Shown here one piece after another: positions 28,431 to 36,759 of a stretch of DNA of 36,964 nucleotides (its first letter is position 1; the number at the start of each line of letters is the position of its first letter). The position numbers were made by a program, and so were the translations under genes. The notes below the pieces were generated by a model, which saw only the letters and a program-made list of their open reading frames with translations, was not told where the DNA came from and did not search any database. Source of the stretch: Thermoproteota archaeon (lineage in GTDB: Archaea > Asgardarchaeota > Jordiarchaeia > Jordiarchaeales > Freyrarchaeaceae); the NCBI GenBank assembly GCA_029258835.1, contig JAPDJY010000075.1, positions 1 through 36,964 of the forward strand, read 5' to 3'.

Positions 28431-29720
28431 ATGTGGGATGTCATCATTGTGGGTGCCGGGGTTGCTGGGCTTTCAACGGGGGCTATTCTAGCTAGGGAGG
28501 GGCTTAGGACGTTGGTTGTTGAAAGGGCTTTCATGGTTGGTGGTAGAGGAAAGTGCTTCGAGTACAAGAAAGGATATCTCGTGGATTACGGTATTCACGC
28601 TCTCAGAATGGCTGATGAGGGAGCTGCTGCAAGCGTTTTCAGGAAACTAGGTGAAAGCCTAGAAGTGGTTGAACCAGAGGAGTCCGGGCTTTACCACCAG
28701 GGAGAGTGGAGTGAGCTACCCCTTAGCGTCAACGCGATAACGTCTAGCCCTCTTTTCAGCAAGGAAGACCTTGATGAGTTGATGAAGGGACTTACCGAGC
28801 TTCTTGGTGCTAAACCGGAAGAGTACTGGGATGTTCCCTTAAAGGATTGGGCCGAAAGGGTCTTTAAGAGTGAAAATGTACGCTGGTTTATTCAGGAGCT
28901 TTTGGCGAAGCTTTTATTGATAACAGTAGATATGAGTGAAACTTCGACTGGCGAGTTTTTCGACTTAGTTCAGGCTTTTGTCAAGTCGGGTAAGGGAGCC
29001 GGCTACGTGGTTGGCGGATGGAAAACTATAACGGATAGGTTAACCGAGATTATAGAGGAGAACGGTGAGGTTAGGACTAAAGCTAAGGTCGACGGCGTCC
29101 TTGTCAAGGAGAGACGAGTTAAGGGGGTAAGCATACGTGGGGAGAAGCTGGTAGCCGACACCGTGGTAGCGGCAATCCCCGTTCAGCACCTTTTCAGCGT
29201 AGTGGACAGAAATCTATTTCCCAACGACTATGCTGAGAAGCTTTCCAGCATGAAACCCACGATGGGTGTTTCGATAGACTATGGATTATCGGGAAGGATT
29301 TCCGAGTACGATACGTTCATGTGTTCTGACCCATGGATGACAGGCGCTGCAACCTCTAACATGGATCCAAGCGTTGCGCCCCGAGGGGAACAGCTCCTAA
29401 CGGTCTTCTCAGTTTTACCCTCCGATGTAGTCTTAGACAAGGAAAGGGCCAAAGCGGAGATAAGTCGTATAGAGGAGAAGCTTGGGGAAATGTTTCCAAA
29501 ATTTAAGGGAAATGTCAGGTGGAGGAGGCCGCTAATACTCCGCATGGTGGATGGAGCAGCCCTAACAGTGACGCAGTCGCAGGATAAGAGGCCGAGCCCT
29601 GAAACCCCCCTGAAAGGACTTTACTTGGCGAGTGACACGTGCAACGGCAGAGGGGCTGGAGGTGACATAGCGTATAACTCAGCGATGAAGTGTGCTGAGG
29701 TGATCCTCAAGTCCAGATGA
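28431..29720 (+). CDS. FAD-dependent oxidoreductase, phytoene desaturase/amine oxidase family
   Basis: Rossmann GAGVAGL...ER...VGGR, 'DPSVAPRGEQL', 'TPLKGLYLASD'. Confidence 0.85.
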   Translation: MWDVIIVGAGVAGLSTGAILAREGLRTLVVERAFMVGGRGKCFEYKKGYLVDYGIHALRMADEGAAASVFRKLGESLEVVEPEESGLYHQGEWSELPLSVNAITSSPLFSKEDLDELMKGLTELLGAKPEEYWDVPLKDWAERVFKSENVRWFIQELLAKLLLITVDMSETSTGEFFDLVQAFVKSGKGAGYVVGGWKTITDRLTEIIEENGEVRTKAKVDGVLVKERRVKGVSIRGEKLVADTVVAAIPVQHLFSVVDRNLFPNDYAEKLSSMKPTMGVSIDYGLSGRISEYDTFMCSDPWMTGAATSNMDPSVAPRGEQLLTVFSVLPSDVVLDKERAKAEISRIEEKLGEMFPKFKGNVRWRRPLILRMVDGAALTVTQSQDKRPSPETPLKGLYLASDTCNGRGAGGDIAYNSAMKCAEVILKSR

Positions 29721-29807
29721 AAGATTGGTGTCTCCGAAGCTAATTTTCTTAACTTTTTTAAGGAGAGGTTCTTGATACCACCTTAGGAGGATGAGAGGCC
29801 GATCCCA

Positions 29808-30737
29808 ATGTACGTTAAGCAGATGCGTATTCGCAGCGGCATGACCGCCTTAGAGATTATTAGGGAGATGGGTGATGCCGGTGTTTTTATAGCTGGGCGT
29901 GTTGCCAGAGCAGTTCAGGTTCTTTCGAAAATGTTCAGCGATCCTGCAGTCACAACCTTCCTTGGAGCAGCCGGGGCTTTAGTCCCAGCCGGGCTGGGAG
30001 GAATCATCGCGGAAATGGTCTATGACGGGTTTATAGACGTGATCGTCACTACGGGTGCGAACCTAACACACGACCTAATTGAGGCATTTGGCGGAAAGCA
30101 CAAGAAGGGGATCAAAGGCAGCGATGTGGAGCTAAGGGAGAAGGGAATCAACAGGATATTTGATGCGTATGTTTCCAACGAGGCTTTCACCGTTTTTGAA
30201 GAGAGAATCCAAGAGGTGTTGTCCAATATAAGTAGTGAGAAGCGAAGTAGGGGGATCCCTGTTTACCAGTTAATTAAGGAGATAGGGGAACAGATCGACT
30301 GCAAGACATCCTTTGTTAGGGCGGCGGCGGAAATGGATGTGCCGGTTTTCTGTCCTGCAATAACAGATTCAATTTTAGGATTACAGATGTGGCTTTTCTC
30401 CCAGAGAAACCAGTTAAAAATAGATGTTCTTGAAGATCTACACAAGATAGTTACTATTGCTTACGATGCTGAGAAGACGGGAGCGTTCATTCTTGGAGGG
30501 GGTGTCCCGAAAAACCATATTTTGCAGGCTATGCTGCTGACGGGTAAGGGGTTCAACTTCGCGGTTCAAGTGACACTCGACCGACCGGAACCTGGTGGAC
30601 TAAGCGGGGCAACGCTGAGCGAGGCAAAGTCATGGGGGAAGATAGAGAAGGATGCAGAGACCGTGGACGTCATCGCAGATGTAACAGTAGCGTTGCCGTT
30701 AATGATGGCGGCAGTGAAGGAAATCCTGAAAAAGTAA
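29808..30737 (+). CDS. dys: Deoxyhypusine synthase
   Basis: TTGANLTHD, GINRIFD, CPAITDS, LGGGVPKNH, GGLSGATLSEAKSWGK with the catalytic Lys. Confidence 0.93.
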   Translation: MYVKQMRIRSGMTALEIIREMGDAGVFIAGRVARAVQVLSKMFSDPAVTTFLGAAGALVPAGLGGIIAEMVYDGFIDVIVTTGANLTHDLIEAFGGKHKKGIKGSDVELREKGINRIFDAYVSNEAFTVFEERIQEVLSNISSEKRSRGIPVYQLIKEIGEQIDCKTSFVRAAAEMDVPVFCPAITDSILGLQMWLFSQRNQLKIDVLEDLHKIVTIAYDAEKTGAFILGGGVPKNHILQAMLLTGKGFNFAVQVTLDRPEPGGLSGATLSEAKSWGKIEKDAETVDVIADVTVALPLMMAAVKEILKK

Positions 30738-30807
30738 GGTAGTTCTCCGGACATTTAGAAATTCTCCTCTACATTCCTGCAATTTAAAAGGAGACAGTTG
30801 ACGTTTC

Positions 30808-32124
30808 TCATGGGAAGTGCCATAGTGGAACGAGCTTTATGGGCGGCTTATTTCTTGTGTTAAGTCGTTCGTAAGGCCTCGTGAGGTGGCGTTGGGCCTG
30901 TGGAGGAGGGATGTAAAGGCCTTCCTTGATGTTACGTGCGAAATGAACGGCTCTCTTCCCTGTCAGGAGCCGCTTACCACATCGTTTACATTTAAAACCT
31001 TTTCCTCTTCCTGCCGAGGTCATCCTTTTACCACAGTTTGGACATAGAGGGTTTTCCCACTTGATTAAAGGGGAAAGCTTGATGACCTCCAGTTTCTCTA
31101 TATTTACTGTTTTAGGATGCTTTGACGATGGAGGGCGGACCCCACCGTAGACACGCACCACGTCGCCTGGTATGAGCTTACTCACAATCCACCTGAAGGC
31201 TTTAGTCGGCTCGTAGGCTGCGCAGTCTATTTCTCCTGTTTCATCTCCTATTTTAACGATCACATGCCCACCTGGTATAATCGTCGGATTACACGTTACC
31301 TTTCCCTCCACTATTACAGACATGTAAGGGCGGAGCTCGGCAATTTTAAGTTTTAACCGTAAGTGGGCATCCGTACCTTGGTTTGACCGGAAGATAACCC
31401 ATCTCTCTATCGGCTCGTAAACCCTAACTAAAGTGTGCGCGTAAAGCACGTCCTCCGGCGTCTCGCCTCTTATCCCATAAAGCACAGGGTCTGGGCCATG
31501 AGGCGTTATGAGAATTCTTTCCCCGTCAATGTTGTTAAATGTGCGATGCCCTGTTAAGCGATCCATTTCCCTTACAGACCCGGGATCCACTCTCCTAGGC
31601 TTCCCCCGGTTTTCACGAGTCCTATATGCTATTAGTTCATAAGTGGAGTCATCTTCTAGCAGCGCCCCCACCGCAGCTAGTGCCCCTATGATGCCTCTCC
31701 CCTTCTTGAAGGCATGTACTTCTACGCCACATTTTTCAGCGACGCGTCTAGCTTCCTCCAAGCTAATCATGTCGTATAACGCTTTCTCAGAGAAGCGCCT
31801 GAGCTTTACGGGAACCTGGCCTACGAAGTAGGCTACACCAGGGTTCGTGCCGGGAAATGATAGGTCTGAAAAGTTTTCCACTTCTTCTAGTACAAGGGAT
31901 TTAACTTTTTCAATGTCCTCCTCGTCTACTTTAAGACGTAAGCATATACATCCATTACCCCTAGTTCTAAACGGGATGTTAGGATTTAACCTTACTAGGA
32001 GAGGGTAATCTTTAAATTCAACGTTAAACCTTGAAAGTTTCTCTACTAGGACCGCACATAAGTACGTTGTACATCCTCCTTTAGGGGAGTCTGTGTCATC
32101 GAACCCTATGTGGATCAGAGGCAT
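30808..32124 (-). CDS. tiaS: tRNA(Ile2) agmatinylcytidine synthetase
   Basis: GFDDTDS..GGCTTY, LVRLNPNIP.RTRGNG, GRGIIGALAA, PHGPDPVLYGIRG, NQGTDAH, AAYEPT, zinc ribbon, RHLTRP. Confidence 0.97.
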   Translation of the reverse strand: MPLIHIGFDDTDSPKGGCTTYLCAVLVEKLSRFNVEFKDYPLLVRLNPNIPFRTRGNGCICLRLKVDEEDIEKVKSLVLEEVENFSDLSFPGTNPGVAYFVGQVPVKLRRFSEKALYDMISLEEARRVAEKCGVEVHAFKKGRGIIGALAAVGALLEDDSTYELIAYRTRENRGKPRRVDPGSVREMDRLTGHRTFNNIDGERILITPHGPDPVLYGIRGETPEDVLYAHTLVRVYEPIERWVIFRSNQGTDAHLRLKLKIAELRPYMSVIVEGKVTCNPTIIPGGHVIVKIGDETGEIDCAAYEPTKAFRWIVSKLIPGDVVRVYGGVRPPSSKHPKTVNIEKLEVIKLSPLIKWENPLCPNCGKRMTSAGRGKGFKCKRCGKRLLTGKRAVHFARNIKEGLYIPPPQAQRHLTRPYERLNTRNKPPIKLVPLWHFP

Positions 32125-32383
32125 GAGAGCCCTCCTCCAAGCATCGTTTACAGACTGTTTCTTCTCTCTTCTTCACGCTGCAATCCTCGCAGACGAGCAA
32201 ACCGCAGTAGTTGCAAAACCTGTCTGCAAGCATTTTCCCGCATAGCTCGCATAGGCTTTCAATGCAGTAAGTGCACTTGCCGTCCCTAAAACAGTTCTTG
32301 CAGACATGCCGCCCACACAGACTGCACGTAAATTCACCTAGCTGAGAGCCGCACACATCACACAGACCGCTCATCTTAACCAC
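32096..32383 (-). CDS. Small Cys-rich protein with 8 CxxC motifs (tandem HIT/B-box-like zinc fingers)
   Basis: CDVC, CSLC, CKNC, CTYC, CELC, CNYC, CEDC, CKRC. Overlaps the tiaS start. Confidence 0.85.
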   Translation of the reverse strand: MVKMSGLCDVCGSQLGEFTCSLCGRHVCKNCFRDGKCTYCIESLCELCGKMLADRFCNYCGLLVCEDCSVKKREETVCKRCLEEGSHASDPHRVR

Positions 32384-32657
32384 TTAACGAATAGTCCAAT
32401 TGAAAGCATCACTCTGAAAAAATACCATGAGAGGCTTAAATGTTCATTGGCAATGTCTTTTAAAGGGGTTGTGACACGTGAATTCTATCCTTTCAAATCT
32501 TAACTTGTAAGCATCCAATTAATTCTAATGGATAAGAAAAAATGCGGTGAAGTGATAGGAGAGCTTATATCAAATCCCTCAAAATAATTAAGAGATGGCA
32601 AGCTGGTGGTTGAGTAGTTGCTTTTCGCCGTCTAAAAGGAAGCGGTGAAGCTAGGGG

Positions 32658-32900
32658 TTAAGTTTTCCCCTCTGCCACGATTAGCGTTAAAGTCGATACT
32701 ACACCCTTTATCCTCCTTATCTGCCAGATCACGGCTTCTTTTAGCCTTTCCATGGAGTCGGTTTGAACCTTAGCCAGGACGTCGTAGACGCCATATAGGA
32801 TGTACGCTTCAATAACTCCCTCGATCTCTGACACAGCCTTTAAAACTGTTTCCTCATTTGCTGGCTCGGTGTTGATCAAAACAAAGGCGGTTGGCACCAC
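32658..32900 (-). CDS. Stand-alone Lrp/AsnC ligand-binding (RAM) domain protein
   Basis: 'PTAFVLIN', 'LYGVYDVLAKV', 'IRRIKGVVSTLTLI'; no HTH. GTG start at 32897 or 32900 after AAGGTGA. Confidence 0.9.
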   Translation of the reverse strand: MVPTAFVLINTEPANEETVLKAVSEIEGVIEAYILYGVYDVLAKVQTDSMERLKEAVIWQIRRIKGVVSTLTLIVAEGKT

Positions 32901-33002
32901 ACTCACCTTTACAAGCACTTCCTGCTAAGAAGCCTTTAAAACTTCTTTTATATAGCTGTTTCCCTAACGTTTCATTGGCTTTCACGATCTGGAGGAGGAC
33001 AC

Positions 33003-33506
33003 GTGGATCCTAGAATTTTCGTGTATCATGAGAGAGCATGTGACCCTTTCAAGTGTACCGCTTTAAGGCTTGCACGCCTTGGGAAGGTTAGAGTTGTGTG
33101 GCGTGTAAGCGACGTCCCTCGCGGATGCATAGTGTTAAACCCCGTCTCTTCTACCGCCTTGTCACCAGCAGATAGGGAAGCTGCCGAGAGGAGAGGGATA
33201 GTAGCCGTAGATTGCTCTTGGAAAAATCTAAGCAGAGTCTTTAAGTGTATAAGAGGGGTGCACAGGGCTTTACCATTTCTGGTCGCCGCGAACCCAATAA
33301 ATTATGGAATGCCAACAAAACTCAGCACAGCTGAGGCCGTGGCGGCGACGCTGTACATACTCGGCTTCAAGAAGGAGGCTGAGAGGATTTTAGCATGTTT
33401 TAAATGGGGAGCAAGCTTCTTAGAATTAAACCGTGAACTACTGGAAAAATACTCCTCGGCGAAGAACAGCGAAGAAATAATCGAGATACAAAGCAACTAC
33501 CTTTAA
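33003..33506 (+). CDS. tsr3: 16S rRNA aminocarboxypropyltransferase Tsr3
   Basis: CDP.KCT, LSPAD, DCSW, RALPFLVAANP.NYG...KLSTAEA, FKWG..FLELN. Confidence 0.97.
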   Translation: MDPRIFVYHERACDPFKCTALRLARLGKVRVVWRVSDVPRGCIVLNPVSSTALSPADREAAERRGIVAVDCSWKNLSRVFKCIRGVHRALPFLVAANPINYGMPTKLSTAEAVAATLYILGFKKEAERILACFKWGASFLELNRELLEKYSSAKNSEEIIEIQSNYL

Positions 33507-33515
33507 GGTATGAGG

Positions 33516-33919
33516 GTGAGGCGACGTGCCAGGAGTAATCCACCTTCTGTTGAGGAGGCGCCGTCGCCGGCGACTCCCTGGCGGCATTCGGCTATGCGCC
33601 CTACCCGCCGCCTCCCGTGGGAGAGTCATCGGCAGCCTATTCGGGCTTGCATCCCCGAGGATGGCCGTTTCAACGGTCCCACCTACGTCCTCAACGGGTT
33701 ATCTCAGCGCTTGTTGCCAAGCGCCTTCTCGGGAAGCCCTCAGCCGCCTCATCGTCATCTCGTAGGTGGACGTGTCGTTTGCAGCCCCAGTAAGGGTTTC
33801 TGCTCCAGAGCCAGGCCTCTCAGCCTGCGCCTCGCGGCGCTCGGGTCCCACATGATGGGTGGAATTTCCTCGGTGCTTTTCGTAAGCACCGTTAGCCGCC
33901 CTCTGGCCCGTCGCCTCAC
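33516..33919 (-). ncRNA. rnpB: Archaeal type A RNase P RNA (about 404 nt as encoded, about 385 nt if the 19-nt insertion is spliced out)
   Basis: P1 GUGAGGCGACG/CGUCGCCUCAC, CR-I GAGGAAAUUCCACC pairing with CR-V AACAGAAGGUGGAUUA, P3 CGGUGCUU/AAGCACCG, CR-III UUGAAACG, AUGCAAG, and P12 with GA/UGA K-turn-like motifs. Confidence 0.97.
33779..33797 (-). other. Putative 19-nt bulge-helix-bulge (tRNA-type) intron in RNase P RNA
   Basis: Minus strand reads GCAG-AA^A-CCCU-UACU-GGGG-CUGC-AA^A-CGACACG: a 4-bp helix with a 3-nt A-run 3' of it on each strand. Excision gives GGAGCAGAAACGACACG. Confidence 0.75.
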
Positions 33920-33942
33920 ATGAAACTGTATAGTGCCCGCAC

Positions 33943-33958
33943 ATAATAAAGCTTTTTA
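33943..33958 (-). promoter_or_regulatory. BRE/TATA promoter of RNase P RNA
   Basis: Minus strand AAAAAGC-TTTATTAT, 24-31 nt upstream of the P1 5' end at 33919. Confidence 0.75.
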
Positions 33959-34396
33959 GGGACGGGGTTGTTGCTTCAGTCTCCTCGATTTTGGAACGAA
34001 GTTTCTGAGCGTGCCGCCTGCAGCCTTCCCACATCCTAGGAAGTCGCCCCTGTTTTTCACGATAACGTATCCTTTAAGGGAGGGATTTACGGGTATGGTT
34101 TCGCCCTTAAGCCACTTATCAGCTAGGCTATCGTCTACCTCGACAATGTTCTTTTTTGCTTCCGCTCCGACCATTTGGGACCCTTCGATGGATAGACGTA
34201 TTCCGTCAGGCATGATCGTCGCAAAGTATATTCCCATGGCTAAGGGGTTCTCTATGTGCGTCTTTTCAAGTAACGTTTCGGAGACTGCACGTATCCTTTT
34301 CCTACCTGAAAGAAGCAGCCTTACCCCTTCGATTCTTCGGACCCCAAACTGTTCCTCAAGTTTACGCCATATTTCTTCTTCGTTTTCAAAGCTCAT
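33956..34396 (-). CDS. Nip7/RsmF-C-terminal-like PUA-domain RNA-binding protein
   Basis: 'MGIYFA....GIRLSIEGSQMVG..AKKNIVEV...WLKG...GYVIVK...DFLGCG....LRNFVPKSRR'. ATGA overlap with the methyltransferase gene. Confidence 0.85.
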   Translation of the reverse strand: MSFENEEEIWRKLEEQFGVRRIEGVRLLLSGRKRIRAVSETLLEKTHIENPLAMGIYFATIMPDGIRLSIEGSQMVGAEAKKNIVEVDDSLADKWLKGETIPVNPSLKGYVIVKNRGDFLGCGKAAGGTLRNFVPKSRRLKQQPRP

Positions 34397-35341
34397 TTTG
34401 ATCCCTCTTTTCTAATTCTTGCAATGAAAAATCCGTCTGTACGGTTGTCATGTGGGTATATCCGTGTGCACCATTCAACGCTGTCATGTAGCCTCCTTCC
34501 ATCCCATTCAACTATGCCAGGACGTGTCTTAAGACCTTTAACATTGAATGGCTCTACGACCGCGTCCCTTTCCTTTGAGAGGAGGAAATCTACTACGACC
34601 TCGTTTTCCTCAGGGTGGATGCTGCATGTTGAGTAGACAAGGATTCCGTCGGATTTCAGCATCTTAAAACCTGCGAGTATAAGGCTTCTCTGAAGCATAG
34701 AGAGATGTCTTACCCGCCTCTCCGTAAACCTTGGAGGCCTCTTTCCTAGCAGATGGCCGGATGAAGAGCAGGGAGCGTCGACGAGAACCTTATCAAATCG
34801 GTCTTTCACCAGCAACGGCATTCTCCTACCATCAAACATCGTCACCACGGTATTCAGGACGCCGCACAGCTGCAGATTATGGCCAAGCGACGTTATTCTT
34901 TTAAGGGAGATGTCGTTAGCGACTATTCCACCTTTATTCTCCATAATTTGGGCCATCTGCGTGGTCTTTGAGCCGGGAGCTGCACACACGTCTAAAACGT
35001 AATCGTCTTGTCCCAGCTCGAGAAAAAGAGGGGGGATCATGCTTCCCCCTTCTTGCATGTAAACGTACCCTAGCAAGTGTTCACGTGTGAAAAGGTCCGA
35101 GGGCTTCACCTTAGGCTCTACGATTCTAAAGCCGGCATCGAAACCAGCCTAATGGTTTCAGTTTAACGCCTCTCTCCCTTGCTATCCGCCGGATATCATG
35201 CACTCCTTTCTTAAGCGTATTCACTCTCACGAAAAACTCGGGGTATTCTTCGAGGCATGTGAGTACGTCGTCAACTTCGTCTTGAATTAGACGCTTGTAC
35301 AGGCCTATCAGCTCTGGCGGCAGATTTAGGTGGTTCCTCAA
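34393..35341 (-). CDS. NOP2/RsmB/NSUN-family RNA m5C methyltransferase split by a +1 frameshift at about 35141
   Basis: The N-part (TTG 35341 after GGAGG; RVNTLK) stops at 35126-35128. The C-part in the +1 frame has QE..SMIPP, DVCAAPGSKT, DAPCS, YSTCS, PH...TDGFF. Removing one T gives about 315 aa reading LKPLGWFDAGFRI. Confidence 0.88.
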
Positions 35342-35373
35342 CCTTCCTCGCTCCTCCGTTAAGTAATTTACAT

Positions 35374-35571
35374 CTACATACCCATTGAAGTTAATATTAT
35401 GTGGATGCCAAGGCCCAAAGTTAACGACGCTATACATGCAGCTAAAAACAGCTTCTTAATATTTTGCTCGGGGTCCCTCAGGGCAAATAGAAACCATGCT
35501 GTTACGATGACCCCTATTATGCTCAGGAGGTATCCAGCCCATGCAGGTACACCCCATGGTGGAATGAACAC
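35374..35571 (-). CDS. Small 2-TM membrane protein
   Basis: 65 aa with two hydrophobic segments; GGGAGG upstream. Confidence 0.65.
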   Translation of the reverse strand: MFIPPWGVPAWAGYLLSIIGVIVTAWFLFALRDPEQNIKKLFLAACIASLTLGLGIHIILTSMGM

Positions 35572-35594
35572 CCCAAAATTCCCTCCCTAGGCGC

Positions 35595-36323
35595 CTAGAT
35601 GGATTTTATCTTTCCTTTATGTGCAAGGTATCCCTGAACAAGCATGGATGCTCCGAGGAGAGCCATCGCGCTTGGCAACACGTTGGCTAGGCTTAGGGAC
35701 AGCAATGTTCCACCAAGAGTTATGGATAACTTGGAACCTCTACTCTTCTCCTGAAGCCGCCTTCTGGGTTTTGCAGCATATATTTCAACTTCTTTCATGT
35801 TAAGACGTTGAGATAATACTTTAACAATCTTGCTTTTCCTCCACTTAATGGACACTTCAGCCATACGCTGCTTAGCCAAGTTGTATAATTGGACGCGGTT
35901 AAGCTGGTAAAGCAGTTGCTCCTTAACGTTAAATGTTTCGGTTATAGGCTTCCCTTCAAGAAGGGCAGAACATGAAATGTAAAACGACAGAAACGAAACC
36001 ACAAGGCTGGGTATAGCTACGATTATAAAGTTCCATGTTAGAAACAAGCCGCATGCAATAATTAAAGCCGCCAACCCATAAATAAGAATATCTATGAAGG
36101 CGAAGAGGCACGCCTTCCTGAGGGCGTAACTTAACCCAACTAATGAGATGGTAGCGCCTATGGCAACGACCAATAAGGACTCGTAAGAAACGTGAAAACC
36201 ATCAACTTGAATTATTAAGCCTGCAATCAAGAACAACCACATCTGCTTCAAGGGCGTAAAAAACTTCAAAAACTTTTCCCACATAACTTTAAACCCTCCT
36301 TCTTTAGGACCCGAACACCCCAC
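35595..36323 (-). CDS. Multi-pass membrane protein of unknown function
   Basis: About 4 N-terminal TM segments, a basic soluble linker and a hydrophobic C-terminus. The start may be the downstream ATG (MWEKF). Confidence 0.7.
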   Translation of the reverse strand: MGCSGPKEGGFKVMWEKFLKFFTPLKQMWLFLIAGLIIQVDGFHVSYESLLVVAIGATISLVGLSYALRKACLFAFIDILIYGLAALIIACGLFLTWNFIIVAIPSLVVSFLSFYISCSALLEGKPITETFNVKEQLLYQLNRVQLYNLAKQRMAEVSIKWRKSKIVKVLSQRLNMKEVEIYAAKPRRRLQEKSRGSKLSITLGGTLLSLSLANVLPSAMALLGASMLVQGYLAHKGKIKSI

Positions 36324-36648
36324 AGAACAACCGAGAAAGGGATCAAGAAAGAGGCTGGAAGCATTTTAATCGGATTTACTTAATATTTACCTCACCAGCT
36401 TACCTATAAATGGTAAGGAAGATAAAAGCTTTTCTCTTGGCATTCACACGGTTTATTCTGTAAACAAAACATGAAAGATAGACGATTTCAACAGCTTTAA
36501 TCTCATTTATTAACATCCCAAATAAATGGTCAGAGAGCCATGCAACATAGTCAGAATTAAGGAAAATTAAAAATGAATGAAGCGGAAGGTTATACCACCC
36601 TTAAAGTTTCGGATCCTGGTAACTCTTCGAGAGAATTTATAAAATTAA

Positions 36649-36759
36649 ATGAAGAGTATTCAAGTTTCCGATGAAGTTTGGGCTGAGTTGGTGAGACTCA
36701 AAGCTGACTTCAAAGCCAGAAGCATGAACGAAGTCATCAGAAAAGTGTTAGATAGATGA
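36649..36759 (+). CDS. 36-aa ribbon-helix-helix (VapB/CopG-like) DNA-binding protein, absent from the ORF track
   Basis: MKSIQVSDEVWAELVRLKADFKARSMNEVIRKVLDR*, an RHH-type pattern (SIQVS..V...L..LK...S.NEVI..L). Confidence 0.8.
   Translation: MKSIQVSDEVWAELVRLKADFKARSMNEVIRKVLDR

Noticed and set aside
33438-34034. ORFs 33438-33629, 33510-33923, 33526-33765 and 33699-34034
   Set aside because: They are shadows of the GC-rich RNase P RNA gene and have no protein motifs.
35112-35152. A BHB mRNA intron as the explanation for the NSUN frameshift
   Set aside because: A 16-nt excision around CGAU/AUCG would restore the frame but delete the conserved GF, and it lacks a good inner helix. A 20-nt alternative around AAAC/GUUU gives the wrong frame. 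A single-nt shift fits the family better.
36573-36674. Short ORF MNEAEGYTTLKVSDPG..., whose start resembles an RHH beta-strand
   Set aside because: The similarity is limited to about 7 residues. It could be a disrupted gene at the element boundary, but that cannot be supported from this sequence.
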